Part shown: in pieces, positions 53,896 through 63,671 of the stretch
How the letters are laid out: each line of letters begins with the position of its first letter
Position numbering within the stretch: position 1 is the first letter of the stretch
Source: Candidatus Saccharimonadota bacterium
Lineage (GTDB): Bacteria; Patescibacteriota; Saccharimonadia; Saccharimonadales; Saccharimonadaceae
Assembly: GCA_027493025.1 (NCBI GenBank)
Contig: JAPUDQ010000009.1
Span: 15,703 to 79,702, forward strand
DNA length: 64,000 nucleotides
Reading direction: 5' to 3'
Program-made: the position numbers and the translations under genes
Notes under the pieces: model-generated
The model's input: only the letters and a program-made list of their open reading frames with translations
Databases searched by the model: none
Told to the model about the DNA's origin: nothing

Positions 53896-54825
53896 CTAAA
53901 CGTAATCAGACTGCTGAAAATTCTCAATCGCCGATCGCATGATTTCTTTGCGTAACCATAGCTTACTCGTTGCCACCCTGTCCTTTTTAAACGTAATTCC
54001 CATGATCGGCTCAAGATAGTGCCGCAATGACTCATCTTCAGTAAAAATATAGTTTCTGCCTTCGCAGATGCTGATAATACTCATCATACAGGGAGCATCA
54101 TACTGCTCAAGAGCCGACTTAATTTCTCTCCATTGCGCCGGAAGCTTGCTCCCATCCCATATCGCAAGCTGCCCTACCGTCACTCGTGAAGAGAAGCCAG
54201 GAAAATCGAGTAGCTTTACATCATCATGAACGGCGCGTAACAAATCTGCTTCGACCGCTTGTTGACATTCAGTAAAGTACCGCTGTGGCCAATCAAGGGG
54301 TAGTTCCGTTAACATCATCAAGTCCGCATATGCTTGGCGATCCCGATCAGTCGTAATATCGGCCGAAAGTTTTAGTGTGTTATCTAAGATACCCGTCAAG
54401 AGCAAGCTGGCGCTGAGTTCGCTGATTTCCTCAAGCTTACCTGCCTGTGCCCATCGTTCATAGACGAGTGTACAAGCCGCACCCACAAATTCAATCTCCA
54501 CATGTGCCGGATGATCTTCCCAGAAACCTTCAAAACCAAGGTGATGATCGATTACTTCTTCCACACTCGGTAGCTCAACAATCGTATCCAACCGTTCAGG
54601 CTCTGAAACATCAATCACTATGAAGCTATCGTCTGCATGTTTCTCGTATACTGTCTGTACTGGAGCATCCCAAGAGCGAACAGTCGACGGAACGCTATGA
54701 TTACAAGGCGCTGTCATAACAGCACACGCTTCCTCACCCTGGAGATTTAAGAGTTCTGTATAGGCCACACAGCCTGCGTAGGCGTCAATATCCATAAACC
54801 CTCGTCCGGATGTGACAATTTTCAT
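53896..54825 (-). CDS. DHH-DHHA2 phosphoesterase, family II inorganic pyrophosphatase-like
   Basis: 309 aa with MDIDAYAG, VIDHH and LLLTGILDNTLKLSADITTDRD motifs. Confidence 0.6.
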   Translation of the reverse strand: MKIVTSGRGFMDIDAYAGCVAYTELLNLQGEEACAVMTAPCNHSVPSTVRSWDAPVQTVYEKHADDSFIVIDVSEPERLDTIVELPSVEEVIDHHLGFEGFWEDHPAHVEIEFVGAACTLVYERWAQAGKLEEISELSASLLLTGILDNTLKLSADITTDRDRQAYADLMMLTELPLDWPQRYFTECQQAVEADLLRAVHDDVKLLDFPGFSSRVTVGQLAIWDGSKLPAQWREIKSALEQYDAPCMMSIISICEGRNYIFTEDESLRHYLEPIMGITFKKDRVATSKLWLRKEIMRSAIENFQQSDYV

Positions 54826-54941
54826 AGCATGTTCGGCATTTTAATCATTGCTTTAGTATATCATCGCCATGATGACCGATTTGTGGACTGGATAACACTT
54901 TTGCTGATCGGTATGTTTCCTGATACTATAGACAATCTACT

Positions 54942-55529
54942 ATGCAGGTATTCTCATCACTCACTAATCCTCGTGTTTCCTCTATTTTGTTATCTGGAGG
55001 GATTGGCGTTATTCCGACCGATACGGTGTATGGCCTTGTGGCGCGCGCTGAGCATAAACAAGCCGTTGAACGACTATACGATCTTAAAAAGCGTGCTCGA
55101 CAGCCGGGTACGATTATTGCTGCTAATATTGAGCAGCTTCATACGCTTGGGTTTGCCTATCATGCCCTTCACATAGCCGATCAGTTTTGGCCAGACGCAT
55201 TAAGTGTGATTATTGATGCTAGCTCTACTGCAAAATACCTCAAAACTACCCTGTCCGATCTGCCGGTTCGTATCCCAAACCATGAGCATCTCTTGCGGCT
55301 ACTTCGTCAGACCGGACCGCTTATGACAACAAGTGCTAATCATCCGCACCAGCCGACTGCGACCGATCTAACAACGGCTCGTAACTATTTTGCGGATCAA
55401 GTGGATTTCTACGTTGATGGTGGTGAGCTAAGCGGCCGTCCGCCATCCACTATTATTCGCATCACTGACGGCAGAATAATCGTAGTCCGCCACGGTGCTG
55501 TCACCATGTCACCGTACGACAGAGACTGA
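54942..55529 (+). CDS. tsaC: L-threonylcarbamoyladenylate synthase (YrdC/TsaC family)
   Basis: GGIGVIPTDTVYGLVARA ... TTSANHPHQP. Confidence 0.85.
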   Translation: MQVFSSLTNPRVSSILLSGGIGVIPTDTVYGLVARAEHKQAVERLYDLKKRARQPGTIIAANIEQLHTLGFAYHALHIADQFWPDALSVIIDASSTAKYLKTTLSDLPVRIPNHEHLLRLLRQTGPLMTTSANHPHQPTATDLTTARNYFADQVDFYVDGGELSGRPPSTIIRITDGRIIVVRHGAVTMSPYDRD

Positions 55530-55547
55530 TTCAGATATAGCAGACTC

Positions 55548-55970
55548 CTAAAGCTCTTTGATGTCGTCACAGAAAGCAGCCGGATATTTATCTCGTAACA
55601 GCTCTCCTGCTTCAGCTGGAGCTTTCCATTCAATAGTCAGATGGGGCTCCTGTGCAAACGGCTCTTTACTATCAACCGTCCTAATGGGATATGCTATCAG
55701 CATAAGCGCTATTTCGCCTCCTGGGATTGGAATCTTTTTCGGAGATCGTGCTACGATAGGTGGCCCAACGACCTCAAAGGCCTCAATACCAACCTCTTCC
55801 CTCATCTCACGAACCAATGTCTCTAAAGGATCTTTCTCATCCTCATCAATTCGCCCGCCTGGAATATCATAATACTGTGTTCCTGAAAACGTTTCGCGCA
55901 CTAATAATAACTTACCCTGCACGTTGCGGAGGAGCCCTTTAACGCCAACATGAAATACCTGCTCTGCCAT
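55548..55970 (-). CDS. NUDIX hydrolase
   Basis: Nudix box GGRIDEDEKDPLETLVREMREEVGI. ATG 55970 overlaps the polA stop by 1 nt, and GGAGAGG lies upstream. Confidence 0.8.
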   Translation of the reverse strand: MAEQVFHVGVKGLLRNVQGKLLLVRETFSGTQYYDIPGGRIDEDEKDPLETLVREMREEVGIEAFEVVGPPIVARSPKKIPIPGGEIALMLIAYPIRTVDSKEPFAQEPHLTIEWKAPAEAGELLRDKYPAAFCDDIKEL

Positions 55971-58546
55971 CACACCTCTCCCCATGTATTCCCAATCGTC
56001 ACATCCACATCAAGCCGTATACCAAGCTGAGGATAGATATTTTCCATTGTTTCTTTCAGTATTTCCCCAACGCGTTTAGCATTCTGACGCGGACACTCCA
56101 CGAGAATAGAATCATGAATCTGGAGGACTTGCCAGCCATAGATATTAGCTGGCGTAGTTTCTGACATGTCAGAAACCAATACGCCAAACTCCTTCTCAAC
56201 CGCAATCATCGCCATCTTCATGAGGTCAGCCTCCGTACCCTGGATTGGCATATTAGCCGCCGCTCGCTCAGCTGCTTGGCGAACAATAAAATTACTTGAT
56301 TTCACATCTGGGGTTGGCCGGCGGCGACCAAAATACGTCTCCACAAAACCATCGTGTTTCGCCTTCGCAATCGTCGCATCAATATACGCTCTGATCGGCG
56401 CGCGCAACCGAAAATACTCATCAATAAACACCTTCGCGTCATGAAAGCTCATCCCCGTTGCCGCGGCAAGTCCATGGGGGCTCATACCATAGAGAACACC
56501 AAAATTAATCACTTTCGCATCCCGTCGCTGCGCCTTTGTCACGGCATCAAGCGGGATTTTATAAACATCAGCCGCCGTTTTGGCATGGATATCCGTACCG
56601 GCATTAAAGTCATTGATCATTTTCTGATCACCAGCCAGCACTGCCGCTAACCGCAGCTCAAACTGGCTGTAGTCGGCGCTCACGAACACATTCCCCGTAG
56701 CCGGCACAAACGCCTCGCGAATCAATCGGCCAGCCTCACTACGAATCGGAATATTCTGCAAATTCGGGTCCGTACTACTGAGCCGTCCGGTTGCCGCTAC
56801 ATCTTGGTTAAAGGTCGTATGTAACCGCGAACTTGCATCAACAAGCTTAGGTAAGGCATCGACATAGGTATTCAATAGCTTCGTCAGCTCTCGATAGCGC
56901 TCAATACATTCGATAATCGGATGGCTGCCTCGGAGTTTATCCAGCTCTTTTTGTCCCGTGCTATAGCCTGTCTTTCCCTTTTTGATGCCTACCATACTGA
57001 GCTGCAACTTTGTAAACAGCACTTCGGCGAGCTGTGCTGGCGAACTGATGTTAAACTCATAGCCAACCATGTCATACATCTGACGCTGAATATCTGCTAC
57101 CTGTTGCGTCAAAGTTTTGCTCATTACCGCGAGTTGGTTTGTATCAAGAATAATCCCGCAATGTTCCATGCGCGCAAGAATCGGGATCAACGGAAAATCA
57201 ATCTCATAGGCAACCTTTTTAAGTTTCGGCAGCTTCTCAAATACTTGCTGCTGCTCGCCATGTAAACTCCAGATGGCCGCAATAGTCTGCCCTATATCAG
57301 CCTCATCAATACCCATAAGATCTGTTAAGCTCCGCGACTTCCGGAGTGGATCAAGCAAAAAGGCTGCTTGTTTCGTATCATAGCAAAGCTCCGGAGACTC
57401 CATGATACCCGCTGCCAGCAAATATCGTATCAGGCGTCCTCCGTCATGAGTGACAACTTGACTGCTTGCAAGATACGTCGCTATGCTCGTAGGTGCGACA
57501 AGACTATAGCTACCAGGACTCGATGAAACATAGAGCTTCTCGTCACGCTGGTACATCACAATGTAGTCCGCTGCCGCAAGCTGGGTTGTAGCTGGCTCAT
57601 CCCAATCCCGAAGTATAGCAGGTACCAATGTTGACATAGAGAGCATACTCGCTTGCTCCCCACCCTCATGGTGTTGCATATAATCCGGAAGTCGTTGAAG
57701 CAGACTACGAAATTCCAACGTTTGTAAGAGATTACGTAATTTGGCCGTATCTAAACTTCGTACATCCATCGCCTCAAGGTCAAAAGGCACTGGGGCATCA
57801 ATATAAAGCCGCGCTAATTCTTTGCTCAAATAGGCAGACTCTTTCCCTATCTCCAGCTTGCTGCGCGTCGCACCTTTTATCTCATCAAGGTGTTCATATA
57901 CCCCATCGAGAGTGTCGAATTGCTGTAACAAGCTAATAGCCGTCTTCTCACCTACCCCCGCTACACCCGGTATGTTATCTGAGCTATCACCTTTGAGTGA
58001 CTTCAAATCAAGAAACTGTCCGATCTTGATACCATATTTTTGTTCAAAAGCCGCTACGTCAAATTTTTCAATGTTCGAAAAGCCTTTTTTGAGCGCATAT
58101 AAAAAGGTATTTTTGTCCAGGATTTGCAACGCATCAAGATCAGAGGTGATCAAATACGTCTCAATATCGCCACGTTTTTCCGCCTCGCGATCAAGCGTCG
58201 CCATGATATCGTCAGCCTCATAGTCATCGCACTCATAGAGCGGCCACCCAAACGCTTCTAAAAGTTGATGGAGTATCGGGATTTGCTCATAAAAATCCGG
58301 GGGTGCTGGCTTGCGACCCGCTTTATATTCAGGATAGAGCTCAAGCCGTTTGCGAATATTTGTTTTCGGTTTATCCCACGCCACTGCCACATAATCTGGC
58401 TTGATCTGCCGCATCATCTCAAGCGCCAAACTCGCAAAGCCAAATACGCCCCCTGTCGGCGTCCCATCCTTTGTACTGAGACCCGGCATGGCATAATACC
58501 CGCGATAGAACACGCTCTTGCCGTCGATGATTGCCAGCTTTTTCAT
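55970..58546 (-). CDS. polA: DNA polymerase I
   Basis: 858 aa with a 5'-nuclease N-terminus and polymerase motifs DYSQFELRLAA and QIHDSILVE. Confidence 0.92.
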   Translation of the reverse strand: MKKLAIIDGKSVFYRGYYAMPGLSTKDGTPTGGVFGFASLALEMMRQIKPDYVAVAWDKPKTNIRKRLELYPEYKAGRKPAPPDFYEQIPILHQLLEAFGWPLYECDDYEADDIMATLDREAEKRGDIETYLITSDLDALQILDKNTFLYALKKGFSNIEKFDVAAFEQKYGIKIGQFLDLKSLKGDSSDNIPGVAGVGEKTAISLLQQFDTLDGVYEHLDEIKGATRSKLEIGKESAYLSKELARLYIDAPVPFDLEAMDVRSLDTAKLRNLLQTLEFRSLLQRLPDYMQHHEGGEQASMLSMSTLVPAILRDWDEPATTQLAAADYIVMYQRDEKLYVSSSPGSYSLVAPTSIATYLASSQVVTHDGGRLIRYLLAAGIMESPELCYDTKQAAFLLDPLRKSRSLTDLMGIDEADIGQTIAAIWSLHGEQQQVFEKLPKLKKVAYEIDFPLIPILARMEHCGIILDTNQLAVMSKTLTQQVADIQRQMYDMVGYEFNISSPAQLAEVLFTKLQLSMVGIKKGKTGYSTGQKELDKLRGSHPIIECIERYRELTKLLNTYVDALPKLVDASSRLHTTFNQDVAATGRLSSTDPNLQNIPIRSEAGRLIREAFVPATGNVFVSADYSQFELRLAAVLAGDQKMINDFNAGTDIHAKTAADVYKIPLDAVTKAQRRDAKVINFGVLYGMSPHGLAAATGMSFHDAKVFIDEYFRLRAPIRAYIDATIAKAKHDGFVETYFGRRRPTPDVKSSNFIVRQAAERAAANMPIQGTEADLMKMAMIAVEKEFGVLVSDMSETTPANIYGWQVLQIHDSILVECPRQNAKRVGEILKETMENIYPQLGIRLDVDVTIGNTWGEV

Positions 58547-58561
58547 ACTATCCAGTATACG

Positions 58562-59395
58562 CTACCGGACAGGATATCGAGGATAAGGATACATCCGTTC
58601 GATTTGGCTACACAAAGAAACTTGGATTATTTCTCTCTCCTCACACACACGTTCGGTCGTTGCGAGCGCCGGACCACCAAGCTTTTTTATTCTTTGCGTA
58701 AGGATTTCTTCAAAGGAAACGCGTGCCACACCGTTACGCTTGTCACCGAAAAACCTCCCCACTAGTGCCATATCAAGCAAAGATCGCTTTTCATCAATCA
58801 CCCTTTGAGCACGGTCTGAGAACAAAGCATAAAGCCTCTGCATAACAACATCAGGCGTATTCGGCATTGTATCAAGCCCCATCATACATGCCAGTAAACC
58901 CTGTTCATCACTGCTAATCCGTCCGGTTTCGGCCATCTTCTCTAGCATCATTCGTGGATTAATCGTATCTTCAACAGAAGATTCTTGCGTAAGACTACAG
59001 TATTCAACTTGCTCACCCTCGACCGTTTTAAGAACTATCGTGCCATTTTGTAATGCACCCGCGATACTGCTCGCAAGAGAGTCTATTTCACCATTCATTT
59101 CTTGCACCGACTCACGAATCTCCCGTGTTGTCGGTCCAGTGTTTCCCCATTCCTTATCAAGGAGTTGCCAGGCTTGAGTGCCACGCAAGAATTCACCTAC
59201 CAGCGCGACTCTTCCGAGAGCTTGCCGGGGCAAAAGATCATTTGGGCGCAGTTCTTTCTCTAGGTTCATTACTCCTTCAAAATCCTCAAGTAACGCAGCG
59301 ACATCAATATCAGGAGGTAATGCCACCCCTAACGCTGCCTCAAGCGCGCGCCGAAATCCTGTACCTCGAGTTATCTCTGGTGAATTCTTCTCCAT
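58562..59395 (-). CDS. Hypothetical protein
   Basis: 277 aa, helical, with no motif I recognise. Confidence 0.55.
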   Translation of the reverse strand: MEKNSPEITRGTGFRRALEAALGVALPPDIDVAALLEDFEGVMNLEKELRPNDLLPRQALGRVALVGEFLRGTQAWQLLDKEWGNTGPTTREIRESVQEMNGEIDSLASSIAGALQNGTIVLKTVEGEQVEYCSLTQESSVEDTINPRMMLEKMAETGRISSDEQGLLACMMGLDTMPNTPDVVMQRLYALFSDRAQRVIDEKRSLLDMALVGRFFGDKRNGVARVSFEEILTQRIKKLGGPALATTERVCEEREIIQVSLCSQIERMYPYPRYPVR

Positions 59396-59461
59396 AGACT
59401 GATGATGTCACAGTGGCGCTACAAACTCAACCAGTAGCGGAATCAATTTTTTGACCTAAGC

Positions 59462-59686
59462 TTACCTGGTATGACCCCTTGCGGCATCTCTTCGAGCTTT
59501 CTCGGCCAGCTGTGCATCACTCGTATAGCTTCCTTCGATAGGACGCTGTCCGGGACGCTGGTCTACGCCTCTCTCACCAGTATCGCCTTGGGCGGCAGCC
59601 GCTGCAAGAATTCCAAGCAACATTTGGCTTGCTGTCCCAATCTCAGTCCTATCCGGTCGCCAATATCGTTCACCACGCTCGCCCAT
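59462..59686 (-). CDS. Small hypothetical protein, translationally coupled to the upstream kinase gene
   Basis: 74 aa. Its ATG shares one nucleotide with the upstream TAA (TAATG). Confidence 0.4.
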   Translation of the reverse strand: MGERGERYWRPDRTEIGTASQMLLGILAAAAAQGDTGERGVDQRPGQRPIEGSYTSDAQLAEKARRDAARGHTR

Positions 59687-60285
59687 TATAGTCTTCCTTT
59701 CTGGATAACCACCTGTCGCAACATACTATTCAGTGCTTGAGGGGTGTTTTCATTCATAAGTATCTGATCGCATTTTTCCTTAACGGCAGCCATATTGAGA
59801 GTCGTGCGGTCACTCTCTATCGTCGGATGCATCTCTGCTGCTTCCTCCGCCAAGAATTCTTCATAGGTCTTGTTGTCCTCAGTGCCTCGTCCGCGATCGG
59901 CTGCTTGGATGCGGGCATAGCGCACCCTTGGATCAGCGTCAATCCACAGCATGATTCCGCCAAGCTCATGTACCCGATCAGCTTCGCCAGGATTACGTAA
60001 ACTCGCCATCGCAACGCCATTATAGCGGTCATCTTCAGCCTGATACAGCTCATACGCTTTATCGACGAGTGCCCCAAGCCCGTACTTGCTGCGCCACTCA
60101 GTGCTAATCATCCGCAAATTTTCTCGCTCGACGGGAAGCTCACGCTTTCGGCATTCCGCGCGCAGCATATCCGTGACTGATATAAAAAGGTATCCAAACT
60201 CACTTGCCAGCAAATTTCCCACTGTATCCTTCCCGCTCCCGTTTGTTCCAGCAATACCAATAATTTTGTTCATCATAGCAATCAT
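59686..60285 (-). CDS. P-loop nucleotide/nucleoside kinase-like protein
   Basis: IIGIAGTNGSGKDTVG is a Walker A motif at the N-terminus. The start may be the 4th codon (ATG 60276), 7 nt after TGTTACTAT. Confidence 0.65.
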   Translation of the reverse strand: MIAMMNKIIGIAGTNGSGKDTVGNLLASEFGYLFISVTDMLRAECRKRELPVERENLRMISTEWRSKYGLGALVDKAYELYQAEDDRYNGVAMASLRNPGEADRVHELGGIMLWIDADPRVRYARIQAADRGRGTEDNKTYEEFLAEEAAEMHPTIESDRTTLNMAAVKEKCDQILMNENTPQALNSMLRQVVIQKGRL

Positions 60286-60329
60286 AGTAACAAGTTATTC
60301 TTGTCTCGTCATTATTTTATAACATAATA

Positions 60330-60357
60330 TTGACTTTTTATTAAACTTATGTATAAT
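60330..60357 (+). promoter_or_regulatory. Promoter TTGACT-16-TATAAT upstream of the 149-aa ORF
   Basis: ttgact at 60330-35 and tataat at 60352-57. Confidence 0.55.
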
Positions 60358-60385
60358 CTAATTCATAACCATTACAAAAATAACC

Positions 60386-60835
60386 ATGTCAGAATATCCA
60401 TCAAACAATCACTCTCGCACCCCCCAAACGACACAGTCGCTTCTTGAGAGTGTACGAGAAAAGGGAACGCTCAAGAACCAAACCGTTATACGCAGAACAG
60501 GCGATATAGTAGTCCGTACTGCACATCGTGAATCGCCATCACATGTTGGAAACAAAAACCATAGGCCCTTCATAAACCGAAGCCATATCTCACCGCAGAA
60601 ACGCCCAGGAGATACATCTCGCACTGAGTTGGGTCTCAGTGATGTATGGTCAGCACAGCAGCATCTCAGGCCGACAGAAGACATCTTAGACAGACCTATC
60701 CCCGAGACCCCTCCCCAGGAACCAACCACCAGCACTGAACAGCAAGAACAAGTTGACGAAACCGCTCCTGAGTCTATCAGTACCTCACAAAAGTTTATTG
60801 AGAGTTTCCGCCGTTGGTTCAGAAAACATCAGTAA
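60386..60835 (+). CDS. Hypothetical, largely disordered protein
   Basis: 149 aa, rich in Ser/Thr/Pro/Gln/Arg. A near-consensus promoter lies 28 nt upstream. Confidence 0.5.
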   Translation: MSEYPSNNHSRTPQTTQSLLESVREKGTLKNQTVIRRTGDIVVRTAHRESPSHVGNKNHRPFINRSHISPQKRPGDTSRTELGLSDVWSAQQHLRPTEDILDRPIPETPPQEPTTSTEQQEQVDETAPESISTSQKFIESFRRWFRKHQ

Positions 60836-60863
60836 ATGTCGTTACGGCAGCATTGTTCCTATA

Positions 60864-61874
60864 TTACTGCAAATACTCGTACAATTTCTTGGCGTCTTTG
60901 TGCTTGCGAAGCTTGGCGAGAGCTTTTGCTTCGATCTGACGGATACGTTCACGTGTCACCGAAAACTCCTGTCCAACTTCTTCAAGAGTATGTGATTTCC
61001 CATCATCTAGCCCAAATCGCATCTTGAGTATCTTTTGCTCGCGTTCGGTCAGCACACTCAAGATATCCTGGACTTGCTCCTTGAGGAGCTGGTTGGCCGC
61101 TGAATCCTCTGGACTCGCCGCATCTTCATCCTCGATAAAATCCCCAAGCACCGTGTCATCTTCACCATCATCGCGTCCCACGCCCGCATCTAGGCTCGTG
61201 ATGTCCTGCTTGATTTTCATGACATACTCAACCTTGTCCGGCTCCATCTCGAGCTCGGCCGCCAACTCCTCAATCGTCGGCTCGCGGTTCAGGTCTTGGG
61301 TCATGCGTCGCTGTGTACGCAGCAATTTATTGATCGTCTCTACCATATGCACAGGGATACGAATCGTTCGTGCCTGGTCGGCAATCGCGCGAGTAATCGC
61401 TTGGCGAATCCACCACGTCGCATAGGTTGAAAACTTAAAGCCTTTGTCTGGATCAAACTTTTCGACGGCTCGCAGCAATCCGGTATTCCCTTCCTGGATC
61501 AAATCGAGAAAATCAAGACCGCGACCACTATAGCGTTTGGCAATACTCACCACGAGACGCATGTTAGCCTCTGCCATCTGATCTTTAGCCTTTTTGTCGC
61601 CCTGAACGACCCGTTGTGCGAGCTCTAGCTCTTCCTCGGCGTTCAGCAACGGAATCTTACCAATTTCGCGCAAATATAGTCGTACTGAGTCATCTGATAC
61701 GTCGTCAAAGTACACTTCGCCTGGGTCAGCCTCAATAATCTCCTCATCATCCTCAAAAATATTGGGGTCAGGCTCTTCGAGCGTCTCGATATCATTGAGG
61801 CTCGCAAGATCACCATCAACAGCTGGTATGTCCGCAAAATCATCATCGATTGGCGGTTGGTTGTTTTTAGGCAC
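60864..61874 (-). CDS. rpoD: RNA polymerase primary sigma factor (sigma-70 family)
   Basis: Regions 2-4 are present: [33 protein letters not shown] and [23 protein letters not shown]. Confidence 0.92.
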   Translation of the reverse strand: MPKNNQPPIDDDFADIPAVDGDLASLNDIETLEEPDPNIFEDDEEIIEADPGEVYFDDVSDDSVRLYLREIGKIPLLNAEEELELAQRVVQGDKKAKDQMAEANMRLVVSIAKRYSGRGLDFLDLIQEGNTGLLRAVEKFDPDKGFKFSTYATWWIRQAITRAIADQARTIRIPVHMVETINKLLRTQRRMTQDLNREPTIEELAAELEMEPDKVEYVMKIKQDITSLDAGVGRDDGEDDTVLGDFIEDEDAASPEDSAANQLLKEQVQDILSVLTEREQKILKMRFGLDDGKSHTLEEVGQEFSVTRERIRQIEAKALAKLRKHKDAKKLYEYLQ

Positions 61875-63618
61875 GCTTATTCTCCTTGATTAACGCAGTG
61901 AGCTGAACGCGGAGTTCCTGAGCTTTCGCAGTATCATGCGCTATCTCAGCTGCTCGTAACTGTTCATTTATATGGGATTTGGTTTGTCTTAATTTTTCGT
62001 CTTTTATTCGTCTTACGAGCTGCACGGCTTCTGTCAGTCGGCTCGTGACATCGACTGTACCGTAACGCGTCTCGGCTTTGAATAGAACTATTTTGACATA
62101 GGTTTCAAGATATTTCAAATTATCCGGGAGATTTTCGGGAAACGCGTCGCCTAAATGCTGTAGTATATAGCCCAATAGTCCTTGGCGAACTTCACCGCCT
62201 ACGTCATCCGGCTGCATATGGCGCAGAGCATCGTGGACGGTCGCATCGAGCACCGCTAGTCCGAGCAAAAAGTCTTGATGCACCTCAGGATCATGGCCCG
62301 TTGTAGATACAGTCACCGGCTTGAATCGTCGAGCAGGCTCTTTCTGGAAACTGAGATTCAGTTTTGCCGCTAAAGCACGGCGTGAAGCTCCTGTGACTTC
62401 AGCAATCCGTCCCAAATAATGTTCTTGCACCACAGGATCCTGGAGCATACGAATAATAGAAAGTGTCTGCGTACTAAGTTCTCGCTTACCGACAGCAGAC
62501 GACAGATCATAGCGCTGAGAATACTGGTCAATAATCCACTCCAGCGCTGGTTGGTGTGTCTCAATAATACTGCGCCATAATGCTGGATCACGTTTGACAA
62601 CTTCATCAGGGTCCTTAAAGTCCGGTGGCAACATGATTACGCTCAGTTCTACCCCGACCCGCTCAGCGATCGGTATAGCTCTTTCCGTTGCAGCAATCCC
62701 CGCCTTATCACCATCAAAACAGAGCCGGACATGACTCGTCAACCGAGCCAAGCTCTTAAGATGATGCTCGGTCAATGCGGTCCCAGCCGCCGCGACTACT
62801 TGCTTTATGCCTGCCTGATGCGAGCTGATCACATCGAGATTTCCTTCGACGAGCACCACATAGTCAGAGCTCCTGATCGCTTCTTTTGCCTGATATAATC
62901 CAAACACTTGTCGTCCCTTGTCATACAGCAACGTCTGCGGCGTATTGAGATATTTGGGGGCATGTTTGATATCTGCGAGGAGTCTCCCGGTAAACCCAAC
63001 AACCTGTCCCTGTCCGTCCGTTAGTGGAATTGCAAGTCTCCCGCGCAAGAGGTCACCCCCCCGTCCTGAGATCAAGCCAGCATCCCGCAGCTCGCTTGGG
63101 GTAAATTTTTTGCTCAACAAGAAACGAGACAAAGCTGACCCCTGTTCTGGAGCGTATCCCAGACCAAAATCAATAACCGATTGCTTGTTCAACCCACGAA
63201 CAATATTGACATAATGAATAGCCGCTGAGTCATGGATCAACTGCCGCTGATAGAACCGTACCGCCATCTCGTTGGCAGCAAGCATACGTTTCTTGCGCTT
63301 TGCAAGACTACCATCCCCTTTTGTTTCGTACATACTGAGATCAACCCCAGCTTTACGCGCCAGCAGCTCTAGGGTTGCCCGAAAGTCCAGTCCTTCTACT
63401 TCCATGACAAACGAAAAAATGTCACCACCTTTGTTACTACTAAAATCATGCCAAATCTGCTTTTCTGGCGAAACAAAAAAGCTCGGGGTTTTTTCCTGCG
63501 AAAAAGGACTGAGTCCTTTCCAGCTACGTCCTGCTCGTTTGAGTGGCACATATTCACCGATGACATCTTCAATAGCCAACCGGTTGCGCACCTCCTCTTT
63601 TGCCTCATCAGAAATCAT
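61867..63618 (-). CDS. dnaG: DNA primase DnaG (zinc-binding motif degenerate)
   Basis: 583 aa with EKTPSF, a TOPRIM domain ([12 protein letters not shown]...CFDGDKAG), and the dnaG-rpoD arrangement. Confidence 0.9.
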   Translation of the reverse strand: MISDEAKEEVRNRLAIEDVIGEYVPLKRAGRSWKGLSPFSQEKTPSFFVSPEKQIWHDFSSNKGGDIFSFVMEVEGLDFRATLELLARKAGVDLSMYETKGDGSLAKRKKRMLAANEMAVRFYQRQLIHDSAAIHYVNIVRGLNKQSVIDFGLGYAPEQGSALSRFLLSKKFTPSELRDAGLISGRGGDLLRGRLAIPLTDGQGQVVGFTGRLLADIKHAPKYLNTPQTLLYDKGRQVFGLYQAKEAIRSSDYVVLVEGNLDVISSHQAGIKQVVAAAGTALTEHHLKSLARLTSHVRLCFDGDKAGIAATERAIPIAERVGVELSVIMLPPDFKDPDEVVKRDPALWRSIIETHQPALEWIIDQYSQRYDLSSAVGKRELSTQTLSIIRMLQDPVVQEHYLGRIAEVTGASRRALAAKLNLSFQKEPARRFKPVTVSTTGHDPEVHQDFLLGLAVLDATVHDALRHMQPDDVGGEVRQGLLGYILQHLGDAFPENLPDNLKYLETYVKIVLFKAETRYGTVDVTSRLTEAVQLVRRIKDEKLRQTKSHINEQLRAAEIAHDTAKAQELRVQLTALIKENKRA

Positions 63619-63671
63619 GTCTTTAGTATATCATTCTGTACCTCTGTAGATGATTGTGCTTAAATAGTGAC

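Noticed and set aside
54829-55176. Plus-strand 115-aa ORF overlapping the start of tsaC
   Set aside because: It is in a different frame from the well-supported YrdC/TsaC ORF (54942..55529), which explains the region. The translation is hydrophobic nonsense without signals.
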